Source: Eukaryota sp. TZLM1-RC (taxonomy: Eukaryota; Protista; Metamonada: BaSk clade). Taken from it: a stretch of 64,000 nucleotides of DNA. The stretch's first letter is position 1, and every line of letters starts with the position of its first letter. The notes below the pieces were generated by a model. That model was not told the origin of the DNA, ran no database searches, and saw only the letters and a list, made by a program, of their open reading frames with translations. Both the position numbers and the translations under genes were made by a program. This document shows, in pieces, positions 46,101 through 55,895 of the stretch. The stretch lies in the NCBI GenBank assembly GCA_040285825.1, contig JAUPSS010000001.1:2666001-2730000 (forward strand), given 5' to 3'.

Positions 46101-49100
46101 CTGGTAATTCATTGAGACAAGATTTTACCAAAATAGTTTTTCCAGTACCAGTTTCACCTGTAACTAAAACAGATCTGTTATTTAAAATCAACTTATTTAA
46201 AAGAAAAGAGTTACGAAGGGTGTCCATGGTGGGTACGATAATATCATGGAAGTGTGCATTGGAAGAGGGTTTCCAGTTACTGGGAATCTTCTCCTCCCAG
46301 TGAGTGAACCCTTGCTTCTTTAGGTCGACAAAGTAATCAAAGACAGTGCCCTTGGATGGATATCTTGGTTCAATGTCACGGACGAACATATCATAGAGAG
46401 ATCTAGAAGTTACTGTTAAAGAAGCACCAACTGACCAAGTTAGGGCAAAAACAAAGTACAACTCAATGATTGAAGAAATACCATCAGGATTTTTAAGGTC
46501 ATTGACGAAATCATCAGTTACAAGGGAGTCAAAAAGAGAACAAAATGATTGAATTAAGTTCAATTTAGTGCAACAGACAACTTGTTCCCATTCTGAATAA
46601 AGCAAGTCAAAAGCTTTGGTGATGTACTTTGCAAACAACTTTTGCAGGATTGAAACAATCATTGGAACGTTTTTCCTCTTTGTATCCATCCATGATTCCA
46701 AGAAAGGTTCATACCCGACATCATTAACATCGACATAGACAATACCAACTCTGGAAACAGTAGCTGGGGAAGCAACTGAGAGATCCCTTGTTTCAAAAAG
46801 AAATGAAACCGTGGAGGGGAAAGCTATACGTTCAGAGTTAACCAAGGTTAAGACTTTGGAATCATCCAAGACTGTATTCATTGATTCGATCCATATTGTA
46901 TCGACCGGACCATCAAAGACTATCCATTGCTGGTCCTTTCTAGTGTCTGCAGAAACTTTTCGTAAAATCAAAGACAAAACCCCATCCTTCCACTCATTAG
47001 TAGCCAAGTCAGAATAACCATAAAGTTCCACAGTTTTGGGATTGATGACGTGTGTGTGAACGTGATCAAAACCATCCTTCTCCACCCCTCTGTTGTTCAA
47101 ACTGGTGAGTGCACTCTTCAGAGTCTTCCAAATAGTTGACTTGGCCGAAGTTAAACCCACAATCATTACACCATGACGAACTTGTTTGGTCTCGAATAGC
47201 TGAATCGCCTTGTTAATAACAACAGAATTCTTCTGAAGTCCTTCACTTTCAAGACTATTCTCCAGTGCTGATATCAATTCCTCATGCTTATTCGCTTCGA
47301 GCTCAACGCCAGGGAAGAGATCACCTAAAAGTGATTTGAAAAGAATTGAATCTTCAGCAACTAGCTTGGGAATATTAGAATCATACAAAGCCTTGAGCAT
47401 CAATACATCCTCAGACATTGTAATGTTATTTCTCTTTAAATGACCAGCCGCCCGGAGCACTGCCTTGACGGCCCTCATACCAAAGTCATAATGATCTTGT
47501 TTGGATAATTGTTGAGAGGCAAGGGAGTAAAGAGTGGTGAGCTTCCGGGATAATAATTTCGCACTGGTGAACCCTTCAGCAAAGAGTTCAACCTCTGCAA
47601 TTAAAGCAAGGTCAGGCTTCATCATAGCGACGGGACGGAATAGAGATTTTAAATTGTCAGGAAGTTCAGTTCTTCCAGCATATCCAGGGTTCATTGTAAT
47701 AAAAATACCAACTGAGGGCTTTAAAGGAATGGTTTTGCCTTCAAAGACAAACGTTTCAGCATTCTTGGCGACTGCTGAAAGAATACAAAGAATTTGTTGG
47801 GCGACAACAGAAAGAACTTCAATGTCAATACGATTAAATTCATCAAAGCAACCCCAAGAGCCTGTTTGAACCAAACCAAGAAAGATTCTACCCATTGACT
47901 TGTAATCAAAGTCATCAGAACAATTAAAAACTATACCATTCAAAGCCAAAGCCTTTGCCAAATCCTTTACAGTTTCTGTTTTTCCTGTACCTGCAGGTCC
48001 TTGAGGAGATCCACCTCGCTTGTACTCCAAGGCTGTGGTTAGAGTCATATAGCAACGATCTGTGAGTGGGGTAATGACAAGTCTTCCAGAATTTCCAATA
48101 TACTCATAACCATATCCTAAAACTGAAGTATTTTGAACAACTGTGCAAAGCTCATCTTCCAGATAATACCTTAGCTGAGATGTCCATTCGAATTCGTGGG
48201 GACTTTTGGTACCACTTGTTATTAACTTTTGAATAACATCTCTTGCATGAACTTCAATAGTAATGAGGGCAATTAGTTTTAATCTATTGAGCGAAGAGAG
48301 ATCTCCTCGAACCATAGCAGTCATTCTATTCAACAACATTACTTGTCTTTTTCGTAGTATTTTGAGGGCGTTAGGATTACCCCCATTATCAAGCTCTTGT
48401 AAGGCTCTGGTGACGTCAGCAGTCCAGAGTAATTGACCGGCAGTTATAATCAGTTGCCCATGCCAATTCTGAATCCATTTTTCCCTCTTTAAAGCATTTG
48501 GTCTTAGCTGAGACAAACAGTCCCTTAAATACTTTTGCAAAGAAAGCTGCATCGATCGTTCCACATCACAAAGCCATTCTTCAACAGGACCATCTGCCAT
48601 TGTGGGATTAGCAAACTTTAAATACTCATTTTCCAACGACCACATACCTTGTACTTCGTGGAATCTTCTTCCATCCTTTCCTGGGGGAAGGAATTGTAGG
48701 TGAGAAACTGCCATGAAGAATTTCTTTAAATGTTTGTTGACAGAAGACGGATCTTTGGATTGGCCAAGGATTTCTAGCAAGTCGTCATTTGAAAGGAAGT
48801 AAAATCTTGGAAACACCATCCTTTTAGTTTCCAAGTAATCATCCAATCTCTTTTGAATTCGTTCCAATTCTTCATTCATTTCAGTAAGCAACTCAAACAA
48901 ACCATCGACATGAGTTCCCTTTAAAGCCAGACAATGATGTTCATTAATAAATCTATTCATTAAGAACTTCCAATTAGAATTAACCTTGGAAAAAAGTCTA
49001 GCTTCGTCTGGTAATTGTCTTGCAATAGCATCACCCGAAGAGAAAATAGATTCCATGTAGAGCCACTGTCTCTGAACCAATAACCAAAGATCAAAAGTTT

Positions 49101-52100
49101 CCATTATTGTATTAAGTGTCTTGTCCCACTCTTCAACATGTCTTAGGAAAGCAGTGACGTACTTAGAACCCTTCATTGTAGAGAGAGTTACATTGTTATC
49201 TTCAAGGGAATTGTTGACGTCATCGATTGATTTAAGTCTGTAAAAGTCAGATTTATATTTAGCAGTTTCCACTTTGAGATCAGTCCAAGTCTTGGAAATT
49301 TGGTTAAGAGTGTTTTCAATGGCTAATTCTTGGGAGGCAGCTGTGGAGAGAGCTGAAATTTCATCAATCATTTGGTGAAGTCCAATGGAAAAGACCTTCT
49401 GTAAAGTAAAGTCGTCATCATGAGGGTCAAATGAGTGACCTGATTGCTTTTGTAAACGTTTCCAATGGCGTTCTCTCAGAGCAGGATTACGTAAATCAGT
49501 AATGAGTGGCAAAATCTTTTTAAATTCATCAACCTTTTCCTTCACATAAACCCAGACGCCCCAATTCTTAATAATTTTACCCAGCTTATACAATCTCTTG
49601 TGTAATTGGCCTAGAACAATCTCCATGTCCTCAGTAACCAAGCTTTCAAAGGGTTTTGTTTTCCAATCTTCCCAGAGGTTTGCCCATTCTAATTCAAGAC
49701 TCCATATTTCCTCCAAGTGATCAAGATCTTTGAGAGTGTCATTTACCTCAGTGAAATCCTCAACTTCAACTTCAAACATCTGGAGACTCTTTCGAAGCGC
49801 AGACTCTTTATCTACATGACATCCTAATTGAGATCTAAAATCGTGAATGAGATCAAAAGCTTCTTTGGGGTCATTAACAGAGTTTCTGCTGAAAGGGGCT
49901 TTTTGTTCAAACACTGACCTAAAGTTGACAATCGCCTTTTTGTGGAGGTTTAAATCATCAGTTAATGACTCTCGGAAACGAACACGTGATTGTGTCAACA
50001 TTGATTCGATTGATTGCAACTGGGCGTTAAAGGAAACCCATTCATTTTGCAAATTGTTTAGCAAATCTTGCTCATTTTCTGAAGGAGTCACCCCATGCCT
50101 ACTGAGCAACTCATAAATCTGGCGAAGGGGATTGAAAGAACCTTCTATAACCTCAAGCTTTGACCTGACAACCTCTAGTTCAGACATTGAAGAACTTAGC
50201 ATTTCAAGAGAAGTGGGTCTTTTGGATAAAATAGCCAACTTATCATTGAAAAATTCAAATATTTCAGTCAGCCTGTTGTAGGCTATTGAATTAATTTTGG
50301 CAGAAAGAATGGAAATTTTGGATTCACATAAATGAACCAACGAATACTTCAATTTTGAAGAATCTACGTGAATAAACCTCAAAGTGGAAACAGTATCTTC
50401 AGCCTGTATTTGGGATTGAAGATGTTTAAAATTCCTTATTTGGTTATCCAAATTCTCCATTTCAGAAACCAAATCATCAAAAGTTTCAAAATAAAGTTCC
50501 GAATTATTCTTCCATAATGACCCATATTTCTGATCCCAGTGATTAGTATATTGAGCAATATCAGAAGCTATTGACTCAACTGCTGATAGAATTGCATTGG
50601 ATAGAGAAGAAATTTCGGTATTTGGAGCTAAATCAGAGTAATAACTTCCTGAATTTTCATCAATTTGGCATAGTTTTGGTAAATTTTCAGTAAGTTCAAC
50701 TAATCCATTGCAGGTGAGACCTACTAAAGAAGTCAAGTCCTCCAACACTGGGTCGAAAAGCAACATTTCGTTCTTTAATAATGAATAAATGGAAAAGACT
50801 GGTGGTACATCAGAATTATTACCATCATCTATAGAGGAAATCTTGAGGGCATTGGACAAAACAAGTAATGAATTCTTAATCATCTCAATTAATGAACGGA
50901 TAATTAAATTATCAATATTACTGACATAAAGATTCCATTCATTTAAAATAAAATCAGAATCCGTATTAAAAAAGGACTTCAATTGTTCTATTAAAGAAGT
51001 TATAGTGGTATAATGTCCCTTCAATTGAGTCAAACAGTTTTCTTTGGCCTCTAACTGAGTGGATTTAAAGGTTGAGTAAGTATAAAGCTTTTTTCGCTTA
51101 ATCACAATACCAGAACAATTAGAAATATCATTGCACACTGCAGAAATTTGATTATTAATAGATTCAAAACTAGAGACAACAGAAAAGGTATCACTGCAGA
51201 CGGCAAAAGCGTCATACAAGAAATCTAGGGCATTTCTACTTAGCCAGGTAAACTTTTCAAAACCTGGCTGGAGTTTTCTATCGATTATCTGAATACGTTC
51301 ACTCAACAATCTTTTGTTGTTATCATCAAGTCTCTTTTTGATACCATTGTACTTGCGCACCACCATCAAGACGTTTTCTAAAACAATTTTTAAATGTTTA
51401 GAGTGTCGAACTAGCGAAGAAGCAACAAAAGGAATATCAAATTGTAATAAATTCCAAAAATAAATCTCTGAAAAATGCTGCAAAAGACTGGTATCAAAGC
51501 TGGATTCAATAAGATCGTCATCTTCACTTTTCTTAAACAAGAACAAATCAAATTTCAAAGGTAAAGAAGGAGAGGCAACAACCTCTTTCCACTCAGTAAA
51601 AGTGGATTGGATAAAATCTGAAATCATGCTGGTGAGATATGAAAAGTTTTGTCTTGCTTCTACGGCATCCTTTACTATTAAATCTACATTAGGGAGTAGT
51701 TCTAATGCTTTGAAAGAAAAAGAGAGTCGATCTAACAAATTCTTTGCCCAACTTGCAGAACCAGAGTATTTAGGCATATAAAAGGGAAACACGGGGTCAT
51801 GACGAAATTGTTCAAATTCCTTTCTTACATTTGCAATTTCTGTCTGGAATAACTGAAAGACAAAAGCAATCTTTCGCTCCATTAATCTTTTAACTGAATC
51901 ACGATATGCAATGTAGTGAAAAGCATTTAGTAGAGAGACTGAATCAGCAACAGTGGAGACTTCTTCAAAAGCAGAATTAGCAGTGTTGAGAAAAACGACC
52001 TCCAGCTCTTTAACGGACGACTTAAAGCTAGCAAAGCCTTCGTACCATTTGGTTTCCCGGACATCCAAAGCAACCATTGATAGAGAGGAAAGTTTTTCCA

Positions 52101-53634
52101 GCTCGGTCATAAAAGATTGTTCAATATTAACCAATGAATTCTCAATAAACTCGCCTCTGGTACCACCAAATGTTGGAACAATTGACTCTTTATCAGCCTT
52201 CATTCGTGAACAGGCCGTGAATTGAATATAATACTGGCAAGCATCAACCAAATCATTACAACGTTGAATGAATGCATGGACTTGGGCAAAGATGGGAGCA
52301 GGATCAAAGTCCCAAAGGTTGGAATCTCGGCCGTATTGCTGGATATTACGTTTGGTTCCTTTTTTAACATCAGATTCTATACCATTTACTGTGTGACTGA
52401 ATAAATCTTGCCATCTTTGGTTAATTTCAATAGTAGAAGTTAAAGACTTTACCAACTTCTCAACAGATTTGATGCCTTCCGTCTCTAAAGAAAGTCCTTT
52501 TCTTTTATCTTGATCAAAAACAACACTAGAAGAAGAGAGGCATAGACCGAATAAGTCACGCAGGTCAATCACATCGCGGCAACGTGAGATGACGTCATTA
52601 GTAACTCTTCTTAAAAGACCAGAAATCCTTTTTGAGCTACAATAAAAAGCTGAATACTCCCAAATAAGCCGAACTCTGGTAATAAGAATAGGTAAAAGAT
52701 CCAGAATTTGAGGTAAAGTGGCCCTTGACAACTTTTCACACGGATCTGATAATGTAGTCAAAAACACCAAATTATTCTTAGCCTCTTGGTATTTTAATTT
52801 AATAACCTCGGCCAATGACTTAAACCCTTGTAAATATGTGGATAGAGAGTGTTCTAGAACAGAGATTATATTGAGAACTTCTTCTTGCTCCAATTGCTGC
52901 CTTATCCCTTCCAGATCTTCCACTCTTCCTTTCCAAAACTCCATCTCAGCCAAAGGACCCAGAGAATCACTAGCTTCTACCATTTCTTGGGAGGACACAA
53001 CGTCTTGGATTTGCTTTGTCCAGTAAATGACAATGGCCTCGAGGCGCTGTACCAGGTCTTTTTGCTTACTGGACTCTTCGGGATTGGAGATTTCTTCTGA
53101 GGGGATGAAGAGGACAGTTTTTCCCTGCGATTGGTAGACTGTTTCAGTCAGAACGGCCATGAAGCGGTGGAGTTGGCCGAGAAACTCTTTTCGCATGACT
53201 TCAGGCCAAGTGCGATTACTTGTGACAGAGGGAACGTAAATGGAGCTCATCAGTTGAAGAAGGGAGGACATTGCTGAAGATCCCATGACAGAGCCGTATT
53301 GGACAGAGCGAGTGATGTTTTCAGGAGTGAGAGGGGAGGTGATGGCAATAAAGTACAAAATCTCAGAGTGGATACGTGTTGGGGGTTCAGGGGTAAGCAT
53401 GCGACGTTGGTTAAGTTTATAAAAGTACAGGGTCGTATACTTACCGCGAACAAACTGTAAAAGGATTTGATGTTGCTTTGGAGAGAGTTCCTCACTGATA
53501 GTATCAACAGATAGTTTCATTAGAGAAGTAAGCCAAGCACAACAGGATAGTTCATCATCGGAAGGTTCAACGGATGAACTGGCATGTGTGAGGACAGGAG
53601 TAGAGTATGTCTCCTCCTCTGAAGAGCTAGACAT
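40114..53634 (-). CDS. DNAH2: Axonemal dynein heavy chain, inner-arm I1/f beta type
   Basis: About 4500 aa, intronless; GPAGTGKTET, GETGTGKT and GVGGSGRQS P-loops; KDLVQRLE..WTKQI and GPLAEMEFW N-terminal motifs. Confidence 0.9.
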   Translation of the reverse strand: MSSSSEEETYSTPVLTHASSSVEPSDDELSCCAWLTSLMKLSVDTISEELSPKQHQILLQFVRGKYTTLYFYKLNQRRMLTPEPPTRIHSEILYFIAITSPLTPENITRSVQYGSVMGSSAMSSLLQLMSSIYVPSVTSNRTWPEVMRKEFLGQLHRFMAVLTETVYQSQGKTVLFIPSEEISNPEESSKQKDLVQRLEAIVIYWTKQIQDVVSSQEMVEASDSLGPLAEMEFWKGRVEDLEGIRQQLEQEEVLNIISVLEHSLSTYLQGFKSLAEVIKLKYQEAKNNLVFLTTLSDPCEKLSRATLPQILDLLPILITRVRLIWEYSAFYCSSKRISGLLRRVTNDVISRCRDVIDLRDLFGLCLSSSSVVFDQDKRKGLSLETEGIKSVEKLVKSLTSTIEINQRWQDLFSHTVNGIESDVKKGTKRNIQQYGRDSNLWDFDPAPIFAQVHAFIQRCNDLVDACQYYIQFTACSRMKADKESIVPTFGGTRGEFIENSLVNIEQSFMTELEKLSSLSMVALDVRETKWYEGFASFKSSVKELEVVFLNTANSAFEEVSTVADSVSLLNAFHYIAYRDSVKRLMERKIAFVFQLFQTEIANVRKEFEQFRHDPVFPFYMPKYSGSASWAKNLLDRLSFSFKALELLPNVDLIVKDAVEARQNFSYLTSMISDFIQSTFTEWKEVVASPSLPLKFDLFLFKKSEDDDLIESSFDTSLLQHFSEIYFWNLLQFDIPFVASSLVRHSKHLKIVLENVLMVVRKYNGIKKRLDDNNKRLLSERIQIIDRKLQPGFEKFTWLSRNALDFLYDAFAVCSDTFSVVSSFESINNQISAVCNDISNCSGIVIKRKKLYTYSTFKSTQLEAKENCLTQLKGHYTTITSLIEQLKSFFNTDSDFILNEWNLYVSNIDNLIIRSLIEMIKNSLLVLSNALKISSIDDGNNSDVPPVFSIYSLLKNEMLLFDPVLEDLTSLVGLTCNGLVELTENLPKLCQIDENSGSYYSDLAPNTEISSLSNAILSAVESIASDIAQYTNHWDQKYGSLWKNNSELYFETFDDLVSEMENLDNQIRNFKHLQSQIQAEDTVSTLRFIHVDSSKLKYSLVHLCESKISILSAKINSIAYNRLTEIFEFFNDKLAILSKRPTSLEMLSSSMSELEVVRSKLEVIEGSFNPLRQIYELLSRHGVTPSENEQDLLNNLQNEWVSFNAQLQSIESMLTQSRVRFRESLTDDLNLHKKAIVNFRSVFEQKAPFSRNSVNDPKEAFDLIHDFRSQLGCHVDKESALRKSLQMFEVEVEDFTEVNDTLKDLDHLEEIWSLELEWANLWEDWKTKPFESLVTEDMEIVLGQLHKRLYKLGKIIKNWGVWVYVKEKVDEFKKILPLITDLRNPALRERHWKRLQKQSGHSFDPHDDDFTLQKVFSIGLHQMIDEISALSTAASQELAIENTLNQISKTWTDLKVETAKYKSDFYRLKSIDDVNNSLEDNNVTLSTMKGSKYVTAFLRHVEEWDKTLNTIMETFDLWLLVQRQWLYMESIFSSGDAIARQLPDEARLFSKVNSNWKFLMNRFINEHHCLALKGTHVDGLFELLTEMNEELERIQKRLDDYLETKRMVFPRFYFLSNDDLLEILGQSKDPSSVNKHLKKFFMAVSHLQFLPPGKDGRRFHEVQGMWSLENEYLKFANPTMADGPVEEWLCDVERSMQLSLQKYLRDCLSQLRPNALKREKWIQNWHGQLIITAGQLLWTADVTRALQELDNGGNPNALKILRKRQVMLLNRMTAMVRGDLSSLNRLKLIALITIEVHARDVIQKLITSGTKSPHEFEWTSQLRYYLEDELCTVVQNTSVLGYGYEYIGNSGRLVITPLTDRCYMTLTTALEYKRGGSPQGPAGTGKTETVKDLAKALALNGIVFNCSDDFDYKSMGRIFLGLVQTGSWGCFDEFNRIDIEVLSVVAQQILCILSAVAKNAETFVFEGKTIPLKPSVGIFITMNPGYAGRTELPDNLKSLFRPVAMMKPDLALIAEVELFAEGFTSAKLLSRKLTTLYSLASQQLSKQDHYDFGMRAVKAVLRAAGHLKRNNITMSEDVLMLKALYDSNIPKLVAEDSILFKSLLGDLFPGVELEANKHEELISALENSLESEGLQKNSVVINKAIQLFETKQVRHGVMIVGLTSAKSTIWKTLKSALTSLNNRGVEKDGFDHVHTHVINPKTVELYGYSDLATNEWKDGVLSLILRKVSADTRKDQQWIVFDGPVDTIWIESMNTVLDDSKVLTLVNSERIAFPSTVSFLFETRDLSVASPATVSRVGIVYVDVNDVGYEPFLESWMDTKRKNVPMIVSILQKLFAKYITKAFDLLYSEWEQVVCCTKLNLIQSFCSLFDSLVTDDFVNDLKNPDGISSIIELYFVFALTWSVGASLTVTSRSLYDMFVRDIEPRYPSKGTVFDYFVDLKKQGFTHWEEKIPSNWKPSSNAHFHDIIVPTMDTLRNSFLLNKLILNNRSVLVTGETGTGKTILVKSCLNELPEDLNFGKLEISFSARTTTEQFQRMVESRLDKRTSGNYIPKGCSKMALFIDEFNMPAKTEFGSMPPLELVRQYLDYGGWYDLDKQFFKYVHNVQLISAMGIPGGGRQVICDRLSSRLHCLNVTFPDRATIIRIFGSLFSFHTATFEQEVLSLSDSFASSTLDLFDHLASSLLPTPAKSHYLFNLRDISRIFQGLCRSNSSFTKEGIVKLWVHECLRVFADRLVDQEDRQKVVDFINNELIDKFGSSWKRICSKAGNPPLFSSFAVEENYTECPALPQLREIVEEKLEDYNQENKIPLNLVMFKDAIDHLIRIHRILTTRRGNLMLVGVGGSGRQSLAKLASFIAGYHVFQIEIKKNYRVNEWHQDLQKLYYKCGVLNQPTTFIFSDTQVVLESFLEDVNNILSTGETPNMYSAEELVALRDELRPIFRKEVSGLLETDDGLWNFFINRVRQNLHLVLCLSPIGQDFRLRVRQYPAFVSTTTIDWFNAWPEDALKEVALHFIQELDDLDEELKPQLADVFVHCHLSVIEMSNKMQLTLKRSNFVTPTSYLEHISEFSSLIKKKKNDLNSVINKLSNGLVKLENTKKEVQTMSLQLDKTREVLKVKQAECADLLQTIVKKKQVSDEQAKSVREDSVKLGMEQEKIEAEATKAEAELNAVLPALERAKEALNALTKNAIGEVRTFSQPPPLVKLVLSAVMVLRKAVDTSWGTAKQHMSNPNFLQELINFDLDSLSDSILKKLAKFTSQEGFNPDVIRNVSVAATSLCQWVLAMEEYGKANKVVAPRKAALESAQKKLSAKQLALQTKQKQLDEINAVVEKLNNEYEESEATKIKLSEEAEFTELKLERAASLVSGLSGEKERWEAQITELNEQLRTLPGDCVIASAFLAYGGVFTSELRAELLDSWVTRVSQSIPTKEPFTSLIDYLGKATDLRSWSIQGLPSDQFSQENGILVTQSSRWPLMIDPQGQANQWIKQLEKDNGLKIINLRNSDFLKILESAVMYGTPILLEDVGEELDPTLDPLLSKAFQKVGNKLMLKLGDSDVEFNPNFRFYITTKLQNPTYTPEISTKTSLVNFAVKEKGLEDQLLGIVVRTEIPDIEIKRNDLVMDMAAKKNQMVELEDEILDLLSASENILEDSKLINTLKRSKVTSEEIKNSLEAAAVTEKQINEMREQYRPVAQRASLLFFVLDDISRVDPMYQFSLDAYVTLFETSIQKAKKMEKIEDRVNEIINFHSLAVYKFTCRGLFEKDKLLFSFQMCSKILLYENRLDNDEYQFLLRGGSVLDRSRQIPNPFPSWIPSQNWDNITEVEKLSSFRGLVGHVEDNEKLWHYWYSHSTPEKATLPAEWETKLNIAQKLILVRCLRPDRLLLAIRDFVASSIGSEFTEPPPFNLNEAFNDSKSTIPIIFILSPGVDPTSMVVQLAEQKGFDGQLATVALGQGQSGFATSAIEKAVVEGGWVLLMNCHLSISWLPELEKIILTLPSRKPHDQFRLWLTSDPHPKFPISVLQIAVKLTTEPPKGLKQNMLRVFNSYPPEHFKRCKNPVMYRRLFFALAFFHSVLIERRKFKALGWNIPYDFNFSDLDISEKLLVSYIDSAFVNDNGQVNWTALRYLTGEACYAGRVTEFFDIITLNTYMKAFYNPEVAEVPNYKFFGSEIYYVPDTSNIEAIIEYINSLPMSEPASIFGQHPNADIASAIQESHQLLDTVISLQPRIVSVGEESREAVVLRMVSKLKTQIPALIDYEMVQKSVGDDLTPLNTVLLQEVSRYNVLLSKIHHQLSQLEAGINGTIVISKELEDIFEAIFNGNVPVSWSFAYPSLRKLASWTLDLIERIAQLRSWAEGSAPRVFWLGGFTYPSQFLTCLLQASARANGVPVDALSFEFTVLTQSAEEITSHPSEGAYIRGLYLEGARWNREDSCLAEPLPMILFDEMPIVHFKPVENKKKPSKSMYQAPLYIYPERAGTIQRGSYVTTVDLKCGYNATPDTYTLMGTALLLCKEYS

Positions 53635-53681
53635 ATGAAATAACAAAAACAACTGCTGCTATTTATTTTCTCATTATTATC

Positions 53682-54383
53682 ATGGGTTGCTCCTCATCAA
53701 AAAGTGTTGTAGATTCAACTATGCCTGAAGAACAGGTCGTTGCTGACAGTCCTGATGTCAGTTCGCCCTCTTCTCCTCAACCTGAACAACCGACGCCTTT
53801 GGTAGAAGCTGAAAAGTCTACTCCTGAAGTTAAGCCCATCAAGTTTACTTTCGAGGAGTTGTTAGAACGTATCTCCGCCAATGACCCCAAAACGAAACAA
53901 ATTGTAATTAGTGATGAATCACCGTCTACAACTGAGGTTATTCAGCTCTGTACGGCTGTTTCATCCAACACTCATATCAATCAATTAAAACTCATTAATG
54001 TGACAATTCCTGTTGAAGCTTTTGATTCTCTTTCACAAATCTTTGGTGCTGCTGGGTTAGATGAGGTTATCTTTTCCAACACCAATTTGGGAAACGAAGG
54101 TGCTAGAGTAATCCTCAAGGAAACCCGCGTTACTTCCCTCTCGTCTGTTTCATTAGATGGAAATGAAATCACTGATGATATTGTTGATGATATTTGCTCC
54201 ACCATCAAGGAGAGTCCTGTTCTGTACAGGTTAAATTTATCTAATAACTGTTTGTCTTCAGAAGGACTCTTAAAGATTCATGAAGCTTGCAAAAGCAATG
54301 CTGCATTAGAACAAGTGATTGTCACTGGTAATAAGGAATCTATGGAGTTTGCAGTAGAAGGGGAGACCAATTTAGTTTTTTAG
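53682..54383 (+). CDS. LRR protein with N-terminal myristoylation/palmitoylation signal
   Basis: MGCSSSK start; LSSVSLDGNEITD, LYRLNLSNNCL. Confidence 0.8.
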   Translation: MGCSSSKSVVDSTMPEEQVVADSPDVSSPSSPQPEQPTPLVEAEKSTPEVKPIKFTFEELLERISANDPKTKQIVISDESPSTTEVIQLCTAVSSNTHINQLKLINVTIPVEAFDSLSQIFGAAGLDEVIFSNTNLGNEGARVILKETRVTSLSSVSLDGNEITDDIVDDICSTIKESPVLYRLNLSNNCLSSEGLLKIHEACKSNAALEQVIVTGNKESMEFAVEGETNLVF

Positions 54384-54675
54384 TTGATTTTTAACAACAA
54401 GATTTTGATGTATCGTTTTTGCTTGTTTGTTTTAGATAAACCAACAGCTTTATATATTATTATATAAAAAAACAATGAGTTGTGAGTAGCAAAATGGAAT
54501 CAATTTGATGGAGAAACTGAAACAAAAATGATTATAAAAGAGTCCCATAACGTGCACTTCTACATTGTCAAACAGTGAATGGAATGATTGTACAGGGGGT
54601 GTAAGCAAAGTTCAGTCTGTATATGATAAAGATTTATTAGCAATGAAAGACGGCATTTTTTGAATTGCCAAGTGC

Positions 54676-55830
54676 TTAGTCTAAATCAATAATCTCCATG
54701 TCATCCACTCTAGCAACCTTAATAGAAGGATTTAAATCACAACCAACTGGAAGAGGTTCATTAGACACTTCTAACAAAATCTGCTCGACCGTATCAGGAC
54801 ATTCATTGGTATGAGGAAGCTTTGGTACTAATAACTTTATTGCTGCATCCACTTCCCTTGCAATGTCCAACTTACGAATCTTTCTGATAATTCGTACTTG
54901 GTTTAGTACTTCAATTTTAGATTCATAATCCTCAACATACTTTATAAATAATCGTTTGAACTCCGTGTTGTAGAGGTATCTCAACTTATTGGGTTCAGAC
55001 GCCAGAGAAGAAGCCAACCTTGCCATTTCATTTTCTAATTTAATTAAATCTGTGTTGAATTCATCATCAATGTGGTCTTGAATTTTGTGAATAATTTGAG
55101 CTTTTAAAAGTTTTTCTGAGAGGTGAATACATCTAGCACAGGTTCTAATGATCGACAGAACAACAGAAGAAGGCTCTAGAAAGAAATTATCGAAATAAAA
55201 AATGTACAATAACCGGAATTGATTCGAATCAAATAAAATAGTTCTGGTAGCCAGCCTGGAAGATGATGGAAAGCCTTCAGCAAAAAGACAGAAATCTCTA
55301 CAATAATTAGCAAATTTTTGTTCTAATTTGGAGAGAGAATATTTCTGTCCAAGTTTTTCAAAACTTGATTGAATTGATGGCCGCTCAATTGCATCTTTTA
55401 ACGAGCTTGACTCTGTAATACTCACCATACTAGTTCTATCTGGAGATTTTGGAGTTGGTTGGACAGATGATCGTGAAGGTTTCGGTTGGGAGGATTGTGG
55501 TGTCATTTTGGTGGGAATTTCTCCATCAAACTCATCTTCTGAAGAATCAGTATCAACCAAGACTTCTCCAAGTGGAGGTGGGTCAGAAAGGTTACCAAAA
55601 CTCCATGGAGCGTATTCTTTAGAGACGAACAGTAGCTGGGAGTCATCTATAAAATCATCCTCGTATTCATGACGAGAGAGGTGAGCACGTTTCTCAAGAC
55701 GACGAAGAAACCTGGAAGATTTAAGGTCTGTCTGAACTGATGAAGAAGATAAATCATTATCAACTTCTGTTCGGAAAACGTTGTTACAGTCTATGGATTT
55801 TGAAGAAGAGGTGGAGAACTGAAAGAGCAT
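54676..55830 (-). CDS. HPC2/ubinuclein-like protein (HIRA complex), tentative
   Basis: YEDDFIDDSQL resembles the Hpc2-related domain. Confidence 0.55.
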   Translation of the reverse strand: MLFQFSTSSSKSIDCNNVFRTEVDNDLSSSSVQTDLKSSRFLRRLEKRAHLSRHEYEDDFIDDSQLLFVSKEYAPWSFGNLSDPPPLGEVLVDTDSSEDEFDGEIPTKMTPQSSQPKPSRSSVQPTPKSPDRTSMVSITESSSLKDAIERPSIQSSFEKLGQKYSLSKLEQKFANYCRDFCLFAEGFPSSSRLATRTILFDSNQFRLLYIFYFDNFFLEPSSVVLSIIRTCARCIHLSEKLLKAQIIHKIQDHIDDEFNTDLIKLENEMARLASSLASEPNKLRYLYNTEFKRLFIKYVEDYESKIEVLNQVRIIRKIRKLDIAREVDAAIKLLVPKLPHTNECPDTVEQILLEVSNEPLPVGCDLNPSIKVARVDDMEIIDLD

Positions 55831-55895
55831 TTGTATGGGGAAATTCCCATAAATACACCATGACAATCAATTTTCGTGTGGAATAATTACAAAAA

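Noticed and set aside
41053-53507. Many short ORFs antisense to or nested in dynein and other genes
   Set aside because: Shadow ORFs of real coding strands with no recognisable motifs
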